A DNA stretch of 62,654 nt, filler included, from Choristocarpus tenellus KU-1152 (lineage: Eukaryota; Protista; Phaeophyceae), in the NCBI GenBank assembly GCA_964200185.2. It is 10 parts of 10 records of this genome, joined end to end, with 100 filler letters (N's around TTAATTAATTAA, not from the genome) between each part and the next. Parts side by side here need not be neighbours in the genome. Positions count along the whole stretch, not along the records: positions 33,305 to 42,392 come from CAXNAD020003996.1; positions 42,493 to 45,040 come from CAXNAD020026873.1; positions 45,141 to 48,490 come from CAXNAD020020634.1; positions 48,591 to 54,300 come from CAXNAD020009946.1; 6 more parts are not named here. One strand, given 5' to 3'. Position 1 is the stretch's first letter, and the number at the start of each line of letters is the position of its first letter. Below the pieces are notes generated by a model. The model did not search any database, was not told the origin of the DNA, and saw only the letters and a list, made by a program, of their open reading frames with translations. The position numbers and the translations under genes were made by a program. This document shows, one piece after another, positions 39,054-50,860 of this stretch.

Positions 39054-39220
39054 TCAAACCGTGAGCCTGCCCAAAAATTTGGAAGGGAAAGGTCTGCCCT
39101 CGACGAAACAGGCACCCCCATCGCAGTAACCATCCTGAAGAATGGTCTGAGGGTCGAAAATTCGACAGCTGCCGCCTTTGCAGACTGGGTCGTGGCAGGA
39201 GTTAAAATCACAGTTTCCGC
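39054..39220 (-). CDS. Terminal exon of a Cys-rich protein with CxGGxC repeats
   Basis: CAG|GGNCDFNSCHDPVCKGGSCRIFDPQTILQDGYCDGGACFVEGRPFPSKFLGRLTV*. Confidence 0.65.
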
Positions 39221-40895
39221 CTGTTTTGTTTTGTTTTGGGGGGGAGGGGTTCATGGAAAGATGTAGAGAGGTTGGTAGAGGAAGGGAGGGACGTTCAGCA
39301 CAAGTTCTCACACCACCAGCCTTTATTTTACACAGCACGAAGTCTCATATTGTGCATGAATGATTGTGAAGAGGACTTTTGCATCTCCTTGTTTTGAATG
39401 GCGCAATAGTTTTGGAAGGATATGGTGAAGGTAGGGGAATGGATGGATGGATGGATGGGGCTGTTGTGCTTGGTTGCACTCCAGCGAGGATGGTCGGAAT
39501 GATTGCAGTATATTGGGGGGATTGTGCTGGGGATAATACTAATATCCGGTGATGGGATGCATTGTGGTGTGCACCACACTATGTGTATAGGATGCATGTG
39601 CAGCTTATTGGGTTTGGAGGCAAAGTAAGTTGAGATGCATTTTTGATTGATTGATCATTGACTAACCTGGTTGGAGCTTTGACCTCTGCATACCATGACG
39701 CTATAGGTACATCATCATTGCTGCTCTTGCGGTAAGAAAGGGATACAAAGTACTGCACATGATACGCTTGTTGCTGTTACATAAGCAAAATATAGAAAAA
39801 AAGGGGTGACGCTATAATCATACTCTGGAGTATTTGTACTTGATGAAACGCCTTACAGTGTAACTCTGTTATTTTCTGTTTCTCACCTTGCGGTTGTTGT
39901 CATCATCACCACCGTTTGTTATTTATTTTTTTTAAATACAATTTTGACTCTAGCACAAAAGTTATCCCTACCATACCAGATTCTGACAAGAAACTATTTA
40001 CTCGCGATCCGTCTGCAGCCCAAGTAGTGCATGCTCGATGTTTATGTATCAATACAGATTGCAGATATTGTCAAAACCAAAGAGTCAAGCAAACTGAGAG
40101 GTAGGCAAGGATGCATTTCAAGGATCCTGAGAAAAGGGAAAAATTGTTCTATTTTATATAAATGCCGAAAGAGCCTTTGCTGATTTGTGGCGTCATATTA
40201 TGTCTGGAAAGAGGGATTCAATTTTACAAACACTATTGTGCACATTAATGCAATGAAATAAAGTCTACTGCACAGGGTACGAGAGATTACTTGGAATGCC
40301 AAAGGGCCCGAAAATGCCTTACATCTCAGTTTGTTTGGCTCAAAACCATGTATGTATGTATTTCGCTTACATGTACAATGCATTCGATTCAGGTTTCAAC
40401 ATATGTATGTATGTATGTATGTATGTACGTATTATGTATGTACTTTGTGCTTTTGACTATTTTATTGAGTGAGAGATTGTACATGTTGTACAAAGATAAA
40501 AAGGTGACCTTCAAAGCAGCCACAATAGAACTCTCACACTGTGAAACATAATTGTCCATGTAAGTTCAATTATGATCACTTCTGGGCTCTCAATGTAGTC
40601 GAAGAAGCCTCAATGAAGCAAAAGCATCCCCCTTCTGAACACATAGAGGAAAAAGAAATGAGATGAAATACGGCAACATCCCAACTCTTTGAGTAGCACC
40701 GTGGACACTACATCATCCTCATCTTATTCATGAGAGAAGACAGAGTGTACAATATGCTGAGAATATGTAGTTGTCACTTCAGGCTCTGGACCAACAACAA
40801 TGAGTGTCTCCTGGCTCTAACAAATGGCGTAAGAGCCCCTGGAAGTGTTCTAAGAAATGTAACATCCTGAGTATGAGCTCCATTATACATACTCT

Positions 40896-41157
40896 GAAGT
40901 TTTGCCCTGTTTATCTGTTTGAGACTTGACTTCCCACTCATTTTTTTACGACATTTTCCTACTCCGAAGTGTTTCGGAGTGGGTAAAATGTATTCGGTTT
41001 AAGGTAGGTATCATCTATAAAACTATGAAAAATCGTGTCCGGAACAAGGCTATTGACACTTCCTAACAAACACGATAACCAACAATACATCGAAATCGCA
41101 ACATTGGATTTTGTTCCCCAAACGGATGTGGCTCTACCCTCTAAGATACTTTGACTC
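40896..41157 (-). mobile_element. MITE family B, one end truncated
   Basis: Internal hairpin CCTACTCCGAAGTGTTTCGGAGTGGG and end TACCCTCTAAGATACTTTGACTC. Confidence 0.8.
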
Positions 41158-42223
41158 TAGTAGGGATCGGTAGGTTCTTAGGTCGATATCGTTCACATTT
41201 TTCTGAGAGGCAAAAGTTCATTTCGTATGTCGCTCTTGGCTGCATCTCTAGTGAAGTCATCACAATCTCTATCAACGCTGAATGGTGCGCCGGAAAGATC
41301 AGGATCCTGGTACAAAACAGGTATGTTTTTCACCTGCAGGGGAATCCTTACAGTTGCACAGTGGCGCCTATAAATTTGAGAGTTGGGTTTTGGGATTGTC
41401 ATGTTGCGTTGGGAATAATCTCGACCTGATGGTGTCGAATGAAGCAATGGATTCTATCATGTGGTGACTGGGAGCAGTGTCACTGTCTCAGATTTACACA
41501 TCCAAAGCCATTCACGAATTATGAGTGGTTCCGAAAAGGGGTATCATGATTGGGGTTGTGAGGTCTTTGCTACAGGCTGGGCCACGGGGTTCTCAGAAAG
41601 AATGTGGACAAGGGGCTGGCTGAATGCACAGAAGGGAAAGAAGACAAAGGACTATTTGCTAGCCTTGATTGAAGCTGTGTAATTCTGCCCAGATGAAGAA
41701 ACTGAAGCTGAAGACGACTGAGGAGGATAAAGAGAGGGAGCTGAGAGAGGAGGCAATGGTATCCCTTGACACCCTCCAGCTAAAAGGGTGCAGTGTTGCA
41801 CCACAAGTAGTTGCACCTATGTACCCTGGAGTACTACTCATCCTCTTTTGGGGCTTCATTGGATTGTGCGAGTGCTCTTCAAAGCTGAAACCCTCATCAT
41901 CAAGATGGGATCCGTTAGCCAGGTTAAGGTTCACAAAATTGTCAAGGAGTAGAGGGAAAATGGGATAGTGCCGACAGGTTCCAGTGAGGGACAGTAAGTG
42001 TAATTTCAGATCAAGACAAACACATACAGTTCACATCTGGACAGCTCATCCTGCTGGAGGTCCACATCTTGGACCAGAACAATTCAGGACAAGAGGTGCT
42101 TAGACAGGATACTTTGGACCATGTGGAGCGCACGTATAAGACCAAGCTCTCCGATCGAGGCCTGGGCAAGGTTTTAAAGCGATTGAAGATGGTTTGCTGG
42201 AGAGGTAGGAACAAGATCCCCCT

Positions 42224-42392
42224 GACCCAGAGCATTTAAGAGGGTAGGGCTGCATCCGTTGGGGATCATGAATGCAATGTTGCGTTTTTGATTCATTTTG
42301 GCTATCGTGTTTGTTAGGAAGTATCAATTAGACCCAAAGTATCTGGGGGGGGGGGGGGGGGGGGGAACCCAGGGGGCCCTTTTGGGGGAAAA
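42224..42392 (+). mobile_element. MITE B 5' part interrupted by a nested MITE A (starting 42331) at contig end
   Basis: Family B sequence up to TTAGGAAGTATCAATTA, then GACCCAAAGTATCTGGGG. Confidence 0.75.
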
Positions 42393-42699
42393 NNNNNNNN
42401 NNNNNNNNNNNNNNNNNNNNNNNNNNNNNNNNNNNNTTAATTAATTAANNNNNNNNNNNNNNNNNNNNNNNNNNNNNNNNNNNNNNNNNNNNTTACAACA
42501 CCATGATTCCTCTTCCTTCGTAGTCTATGTATCATATACAATGCATTCGATTCAGGTTTCAACACACAATAGTGCAGGCAAAACTCATATCCCCTCTTTC
42601 CACACACAAAGGGATACCACAATTCCCCAAACATCTTTCTGCATTTGGACAAAACGGCATGTATTTACCTTTTTCTCGGAATGCTTAAAATGTAACCCT

Positions 42700-44600
42700 T
42701 GGCTGGGTTAGAGGGTTAGGTGTATCGGTCAGAGACACATAACCCTCTTCGAATCCTCATAGTTCTTCTCATGTCCTCAACTGCGCTTTCTCACCTACTA
42801 CGAGTAAAGTACTGTGCACATACACGAGGCAAGATCCTTGTAATTGGTTTACTATCGTTGCGGTTGATAGGTGATACCACCATCATCAAACAGTTCGAAA
42901 AGTCCTCCTATACACGATATTCATGTTCCACGAGGCAAGAATTGTTGAATTAAGTAGAAATGCCCTACTATTGCCGAGTCATAAAGGCAAGATTACTCCT
43001 ACTCTGCTTATTCAAACTATGTTGTTACACAGCTTCGTCTCACCTTCCATTAAGTATTTTTTTCCTAATATGTCACATGCACTGCTTTCTCGTCTTACCA
43101 GGGTTAGCACAAGGAGGAATGATCCAAGCCTTTGTGAGCTCTTTCACATAGATCAATGAGATGGTCTTCACCAATGTATCTCCAAAAGAAAGTTGTTTTA
43201 CAGACATGAGGCATCCTGGAACCTATAGTATATGCTCGACAGTGTAAAACAAGACGGTTGGCTGCGACTTTCCACGACTCTCCTCTCTCTGTCCTTAATA
43301 AACTCATTGCAAGCTTCACTGCATTTTTGGATTGACTGTACGAAAGAGTATATTCTCTCACCAAGATACGAACCCGCTCGGTTGCCGTCATGTCCTCCCG
43401 AGGAACTTGGAGGGGTTGTCCTGTGACACTGGGGACTTCTACTCTAGGTGAGTCGTTCAGAAGATCGCTGTGGGTGCTGAGAGAGTCAGACAGTAGTTGC
43501 TCGAGAAGCTTGATCTGGAAAGGGGTTAGGGCATCACTTCGTGGACGTGATGCATAATGGTTGTAGGATCAGTCCTTAGGTAAGGCCCGTGGTCCTCCTT
43601 GAACCCTTCCTATAGAGCCTTGGTGAGAGCGTCAGCAAACAAAACGGGGTTATATTGGACATGGCGGGGGTGGAGTTATCTTTAGGTACTCCAAGAAAAA
43701 CAGGACCCTGTTGAAACACCAGTAAACCCCTGAGCTACCGAGCAGGCAGTCAGCTGACTATCTGCTCGGTAGCTCAGGGGTTTACTGGTGTTTCAACAGA
43801 CCCTTGACTGGGTCTCCGAGTTTCTTATGGATGCGTTCCATGGTTTTAACACAGTCTTAGTGATAATGCATATGAAGGCTGCGAGAGGTTCTGTCACGCT
43901 CCGACCTACTGGGTTGAGACTCATTCGATTCAGCCTGTGTACGCAACTCATTAATTTCGCTTCATAACTGTGCTTCCACCTCTCTAAACCGAAGTATTGC
44001 AATCAGACTTTTCCCCCGAAACGACCTTGGTGATACAGAGACCTGGATATAGAAGAATCTTTGATTCGACTACGACGTCTAGGTGAACGGGTATGGCCTC
44101 TGCGTTCTTCTCTGATCCTTCGTGTGTCTTGATTAGAGTGCCTGTCTCGAGATCTCGACCTGGAGGAGGATCTGCCACGAGTGGAAGACCAAAAGTGAAC
44201 ACGTTCTCTGGTTCTGCCTCGGCATTCGGCAAGCGGACACGGTTGTTGCGAGAATTTTGGGAAAGGTGCGGTACTGCGCTGGAGCCTCTCCAAAGCATTG
44301 ATTCCCTGAGGAATCTGTGTGTTGAACCTAGGAATAGTGTGAGGCTCGTAACCTGTTGAAACCTGAATCGAATGCATCGTACTTGTGAGCAGAATGGGTA
44401 GACTATGAGCGATGAGGAATCATGGTATTGCAAAACACCAATGAGTAAATTTCGTAGTCTATGTTGTGAATAGATGCAATTGTGCTGCAAAACACTGATG
44501 TATTATTCTGTTGTAGCTGAGGTCATTGATCACTTAGTCAAGAATGATGTGACGTGAATTCAGTGTCCTTTTATGAGATACTCAACGAAAGAAGTCCATG
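42700..44600 (-). mobile_element. Degenerate LTR retrotransposon 5' region: LTR 3' end (44354), PBS (44343-44353), decayed gag-like region; outer limits approximate
   Basis: Minus strand ...GCATTCGATTCAGGTTTCAACA|GGTTACGAGCC, similar to the GGTTATG(A/G)GCCC PBS of Copia elements primed by internal tRNA-iMet. The LTR end recurs at 40375-40401, 42497-42564 and 48612-48674 without a PBS. Confidence 0.65.
43709..43798. mobile_element. 90-bp palindromic (fold-back) mini-element with TG..CA ends and 5-bp TSD GACCC
   Basis: gaccc|TGTTGAAAC...GTTTCAACA|gaccc; 45-bp arms, 43/45 complementary, no loop. Confidence 0.9.
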
Positions 44601-46794
44601 TTTTGTGGGGAGGCTTTTTACCTTGACTGGCAAGGGTTTCTGTGGACGGTTTTAACTCTGAATATATAACACCCAGACGTGCATCACGTACACTTATTGC
44701 AGAGTGAGATTGGTGCATCATGAGGGACCAATGACAACCAAGAAAGAAATAATATTCAATAATTCACGTACAACTGTCATCTTTGTTTTGCTCACGAATT
44801 CTGTATTATTATTATTATTTGCTCATTCCAAATTTGTCCTTCCTCTATTCTCTATTCCCCATTTGATGGCCAACCATTGCGACTGCCCTTCGTCAATGAT
44901 TGCCAGCCATTCCACATTTGATGACCAACCAGTGCGAATGCCCTTCATCACTGATTGCCAGCCATCTGTTCGATTAGACTCTTCCAACTCTATCAGACAG
45001 TTACGGTAAAATATGTATGGAGTAATGGAACAATCAATTANNNNNNNNNNNNNNNNNNNNNNNNNNNNNNNNNNNNNNNNNNNNTTAATTAATTAANNNN
45101 NNNNNNNNNNNNNNNNNNNNNNNNNNNNNNNNNNNNNNNNGGGCTAATAACGACATATATATATATATAGTTTTCATTGGTTTCCCCCCTGACACATCTG
45201 CAAAATGTCAGAGGGCATAATAATATAATAATACAATACTATGATATGAATGGTTATAAACAAACTATTTCCAAATGTTTGGTACGGTCTGACTCACCCA
45301 TACTTCGTGTTTGATGATGAAGCTGAAAAACAGTAACATACATTCGGAGGAGTTTGTTCTATGTTTGCACTTCTCGATTATGATTACTTTGAAGTACTGC
45401 ACCCTCATTTCTTTTTCATGGAGCTTAACCCAGTTTGAGGGGTTTGCTTCATTTTCGGGATTTCCCAAAATTTTGTTGCATAAGTACTTAGGACTTCATT
45501 TTCATGCGTAGTAAGTACAGTGCTATTATTGTAGGAACGGTTCTGGTTGAAGTAAACCTTTTTTCTCGTGACAATTGAGCTATATACAGAAGTAATATTT
45601 TGAGTGTTTAAATTTCGCTCATGAGACAGGAGAGACAAGATGAGCAGGATATGATTGGCACTCTCTGTGGAAATCATGTTTTTCTGTTGTTATAACGTCA
45701 ATGCAGTATGCCTTACACCGTTATACCGATTGAGGATCCTTGTCAAGCATCCATGATTCTACTGGCGGATCTTCCGTGAGAGTGAATCCATGGAATCCCT
45801 TCAAGAGACCAGTTCCACAGATTTGGGACTGCTCTTCATTCAGAGTTGTCAAACATGAAAGATTCACTTTGTTCTCACGTCTTGACTTTTGGTGATGATT
45901 CCCCCCTCTGAAAATGCTCATCACTCCTCAATTTTCCCTGCAAGTCCTTGCAGTCTTCCCCACTTGTCCAACCTTAACCTTGTGCTCTCTGTTACGGTTC
46001 GTCTTGGTTCTGGTCCGTCTTGCCCGGTGATTCTCTTCGCTACCCTTACCTGAGTGAACCGCGTTGCCACAGAATCACATGATTCACATCTGCCTTTTAA
46101 AAAGAATCCATTGGTATAAACTATATATCAAGCACATACCAACCCTACGGGCCTAGTAGTATTGATAGTATATTAATAACATAAATGATACATATGATTG
46201 TGCCATCCGACATCGCTAATTTAATATCTATCACAAGAAGTGTAATACAGACTACCATGTTTGTTTTCCTTGCCTCATACTCGAAGGATTTTCTCTTTGT
46301 TCCCTTGAGGACAGAATCCGTGAAATGTTGGTGACATAATGTACGTAAAATGATCGACACATACACAAACGTAAGTATGTGCACTACATCGTATTAAACT
46401 CGTAAATGGTCAAACATTGAATAGGAGTGTTTTCGGTGGCACAAGTTCCTTATTAAAGGGGTCAACAGTTGTACAGGGACCCTTTAGTATCAGTTGCTTC
46501 CTCAATCACCCCCCAAAACCCTGTCGTCTGTAGAGTTCTTGGCAATATCCCCTACAACAAAATGATACACCATCCCATAAATTCGCTACTACTAAACAAT
46601 AATGCAGCATGTTGTTCACATTATACATGCAAGACATACGTGTGGATATATATATGCATGTAGTAGTAAGCATGTCATCACTGCCGACACTCACAAGTAT
46701 TCGTGCATTCACTGTGTAACAGCACTCTCTTCTTGCCACACGCACGCACACATATACTAGTATATAAATGTCTTGTTGATGATTGTTCTTCTTT

Positions 46795-46911
46795 TAGGTG
46801 ATTTGGCTGCATTCGTCGGATGGATAATGTAAGTGCACCTTTCCTGGTTATGACCCAAGTGGACAACCTGGTGTAGACCCCCCCCCCTCCCCCCCCCAGA
46901 TACTTAGGGTC
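46795..46911 (+). mobile_element. MITE family A, 5'-truncated
   Basis: GTGATTTGG...GGATGGATAATGTAAGTGCAC...CCCAGATACTTAGGGTC. Confidence 0.85.
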
Positions 46912-48296
46912 TCTTCTGGTGACAATATGAAAATATCATCCAAGAGAAGAAGTGCTGGGAAACTTGTTGGGGGAATCATTGTGCTATGCTGAGGAGGTCA
47001 GCAGTTCACAGGTCAAACTGGTATTGGTCTGAGGGAGAAAAGTACGGTTGGCATACAATATTGTTTTAATGTTTCTGAATGGCAAGGGACGTAGATGACA
47101 TGTGATGTATTAATTCTTACTTTCCCCTTGCAGACTTGTTGACTAAACGTGGAGTCCCTGAAACACTGTATTCATCGATGCATATGCAGTACAATACTAT
47201 TTACACTCTTCACATGTTCAATATCATTAAAAAAAATGCTTCTCACCATCCGGGTCATTTTGACGCTATACATATTCATTATCGACATGTTTAAAATGGT
47301 GATCTATATAGTGTCACATTGGTAATATTGTGAAGGTCTATTTCTTGCCTGCTCAGAGGCATTATTTTCAACCTTCTAAGTATGACATGTTGATATAAAA
47401 ATATATCCCTCTTTGTCTATTTTAGTGCACCCTACACAAGTTTTAGTTGTATAGAAGGCAGTCTTCATGCTGGCAGCTGGTCTCCTGGATGATAGGGCGG
47501 ACTTAGCAAGAACTGCAAGAACGTGGACGGATGGTCATTTTTGGTTCATCCTGTATTAGAGAGCTGTGTTTAGTGCATTATGCCTTCTCCTATATAGCAT
47601 ATCTCTCTTCCTTGTTCCTTGCTGACCCGTTCAGTAGTGCATATGCTTCCGAGCAATGTGTCGGTCTGTTACTGCCTATTGCACGTATGTACGCATGTAA
47701 CTATTATGTATCGGTTACATGTATGTAACACTAAATGTGTTGCCTTACGTGCCCTGGAACTCTTCGGCATCTTGTACCACTCCTCACTAGGCAGAAGCAC
47801 CTCCTTGGTACTACTGTGTAATTATGTCCCCAAGAAATGCCAGTGGGGATATGGTGCAAACGGACTAGACTATTGTTTGAAGCATACACTTCAAAGGTAT
47901 CTACAGAGCAAGGGACTGAGTTTACATATGATTTTGCTTGTTATCCCCACGAGATTAACTGACCATATCTCCATCGATATTGGCTATAAGACGAAGGTCC
48001 CTGTATCACGTGTGTGTACAGTACATACAGAATTTGTACAGATGCACAGTCGCCCTTCTCATTACTTGTCAGTTTTCAATACTTCCGATTTCCACTCTTC
48101 TCATCACGGAGTCTTTGTTCTCAATGGCTAGTTGTAATCCAAAACATTACACTCGATTAATTACTGGTGTTCCAAAAGCCGGTAAAGACATCAATCTCCC
48201 ACCCACCTACCACTTGATCTGATACCACAGTAAATATCTTGACCCCATCAAACTAGTGTGGCAGTCCTGGGGTTCACAAAACATGGATAAATTCAG

Positions 48297-48472
48297 GGCT
48301 CAAAGTATCTGAGGGGGGGTGGCGGCTGTCCATTTGGGCCCAATTTTTTATGTCGCGATTTTTGGGTGATTTGGTTGCATATGTCGGATGGATAGTGTAA
48401 GTGTACCTTTCCTGGTTATGGACCAAATGGACAACCTGATGTAGACCCCCCCCCCCCCTGATACCTTGGGTC
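48297..48472 (+). mobile_element. MITE family A, full copy
   Basis: GGCTCAAAGTATCTGAGG...CCTGATACCTTGGGTC. Confidence 0.9.
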
Positions 48473-49149
48473 TTTAAGGAAGGAGGAAAANNNNNNNNNN
48501 NNNNNNNNNNNNNNNNNNNNNNNNNNNNNNNNNNTTAATTAATTAANNNNNNNNNNNNNNNNNNNNNNNNNNNNNNNNNNNNNNNNNNNNCCCCCCCCAG
48601 ATACTTTGACCCTCATCGCTAGTAGTCTACACATTTTGCCTACATGTACGATGCATTCGATTCAGGTTTCAACACTATTTACCCCCTGTTGAGGAGGGGG
48701 AAACTCCCACCTACGTACTTCCTCCTTAAATCCACCTAACGACTAGAACTGAAGGTCTACTCTCACTCCAGCAGCTGGGAGAATGATGAGAATGGTCTCC
48801 CCTGGATTTATAAGGCGGTAGGATAAGGGAGTAGGAATAAAAGACTGATATCTCCTATTTGGATGAACGTACAAGGTGGATGAGAATGTTTTTTCTGGAT
48901 TGGCGTAGAGTCCAGGAAATGGTTAGGACGTTAGATAAGAAGATGCTGACAGCAAGAGCAGAAGGGAACTCTGGTGACTGACACTGGAGGAAAACATCCT
49001 GCAACATCGCACCAGACCTGGTGGTCGGGTACAAATTCCCAGACCTATGTCATCCTTCAATGTGTTGGTATTTGTTTGGTTTCTTTGCCTGTTGCCACTG
49101 AGAGCACCTTTATTTTGTGCGTGAGAGATCTCAATCTATTCAAGCGTTA

Positions 49150-50860
49150 GAGGATGAGCTCCCTCCTGGACCCAAGACTGTAAGAGCAGTACTTGGTTTT
49201 CCTGGATGCGATTTCTGGGATCGAGATAGAGCAGAACGTTATCTGGCTTGTTGTTGAATGAAAGTTGAGGGAAGGCTGTACTACCCCCTGGACGCAGGGC
49301 AATTGGCACCAAGTGAATACACAAGCGCAAGTCTAATAAAAATAGTGAGGTAGTGAAATTAAAGCTTGATTGGTACCAATAGTAGTGAATCAAGTCGAGG
49401 GTTTTATTTCCAGGATACATTTGCTCCTACACCGTCTGTTTTTGAAGATGTGTTTAGCACTAGCGACAGACAAGGATTGGGAGCTAATGCATTGGGATGT
49501 CAAGCAGGCTTTTGTCCACGGAGAGATCAAGGAGGGGGTCTTTGCTCGTTTGTATGATGGATGTGGTTCGTGGTCAGGGAGGATTGTGCATTGACTAAGA
49601 GGACTGTATGGTACCAAGCAGGCCAGCAAACCTTTCACTACCTTGTTGGTGGATGTTTTTGATCAATGTGGTTTTGAGCAGTGCAGAGCAGATCCCTGCG
49701 TATCACACTGTGTAGAATATGGCGGAGTTTGTACACAGTGATCGCTCCCCACATTGACTGATGACCTTGCGGATACAGGATTGCATGATGGTTTGATCTG
49801 GGTTTGCTCCACGATTAAGGAGCAGTTTTAAATTGAAGATATTGGTAACTTACAGTGGTTCAAAGTATCTGGGGGGAGGGATGACGACTGTCCATTTGGG
49901 GTCCATTTTTCCATGATGTCATGATTTTTGGATGATTTGGATCGCATGCGTTGGATGGATAATGTATGGTGCGCTTTTCCTGGTCAGGGCCCAAAAAGAC
50001 CCCCTGGTGTAGACCTTCTCCCCTCCCCTCCCCCCCAGATACTTTGAGTCAGTAGCACGTGGGTTGAGATATTTCAGGTGAGAGAAATGCAAAGGCAGTT
50101 AGCATCAGTCGGACAACGTTCATCAAGAGCATTTGTCAGAGAGATTTGGTACAGATGGGGCAAAGAAATGGGCGATACCCCATGATCTCTCCAAGACTTT
50201 TGAGAGGAAAGGGGGTCAACCGTTTTTTGGTGATGGCGTTCCATACAGAGAGGCCGTTGGTTGTTTGATGTGAGCAGCTGTAATGATTAGGTTAGATAAT
50301 TGACAATTGCGGTTCGTGTAGTAGTCAAGTACAGCAGCAGTCCCAGGGCTGCAAAAGGCGTGCAGGAGTCAAGCGCATATTTGCATGCATGCCATAATAC
50401 ATAAATGCATATTATATGCAAGTAATAGCTATACTGCTTTGGAGACACAATGATCATAGATCAGTAACGGCTGGAGGCATATTATTTGCTGGAGGACCAA
50501 TATCTTGGGTGTCAAAGGTTCAAAAGGTTTTAGGTCTGTGTCCTCAACGGAGAGTGAGTATGTAGCCCTAACCAGTGTGATAGAATTGCTTTTCTTGCGA
50601 AGTGTTTTGGAGGTTGTTCAGTCGCAGTTACCTAGGTATTGCATTGGTGACATGTGTGTTTGAGGATAACGATGGTGGTGATTGCAAACTGGTACATAAT
50701 GCCACCAGCTACACTAGGACCGAGCACATGTAATGACTGACACCATTTTTTTAGGGAATTAGCCAGGAAGAATGGGATTCGTGTTGTTCTTGTTAGTAAC
50801 TGCACACCATAACAGTGGACAGATGTGTTTTGTCAAGATGTAATAGTGCAATGTTTGGTG
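49150..50860 (+). pseudogene. Ty1/Copia reverse transcriptase-RNase H remnant
   Basis: PPGRRAIGTK, QVEG..FQDTFAPT, HWDVKQAFVHGEIKE, LYGTKQA, GFEQCRADPC, SSTESEYVAL, EDN; many stops and frameshifts. Confidence 0.92.
49857..50050 (+). mobile_element. MITE family A inserted into Copia RT, TSD AGT
   Basis: agt|GGTTCAAAGTATCT...AGATACTTTGAGTC|agt. Confidence 0.9.

Noticed and set aside
41520-42170. Possible decayed retrotransposon gag on + strand
   Set aside because: Only vague resemblance; no diagnostic motif can be read.
45265-47540. Several exon-like segments
   Set aside because: Could not be joined into a consistent gene model or matched to a known family.
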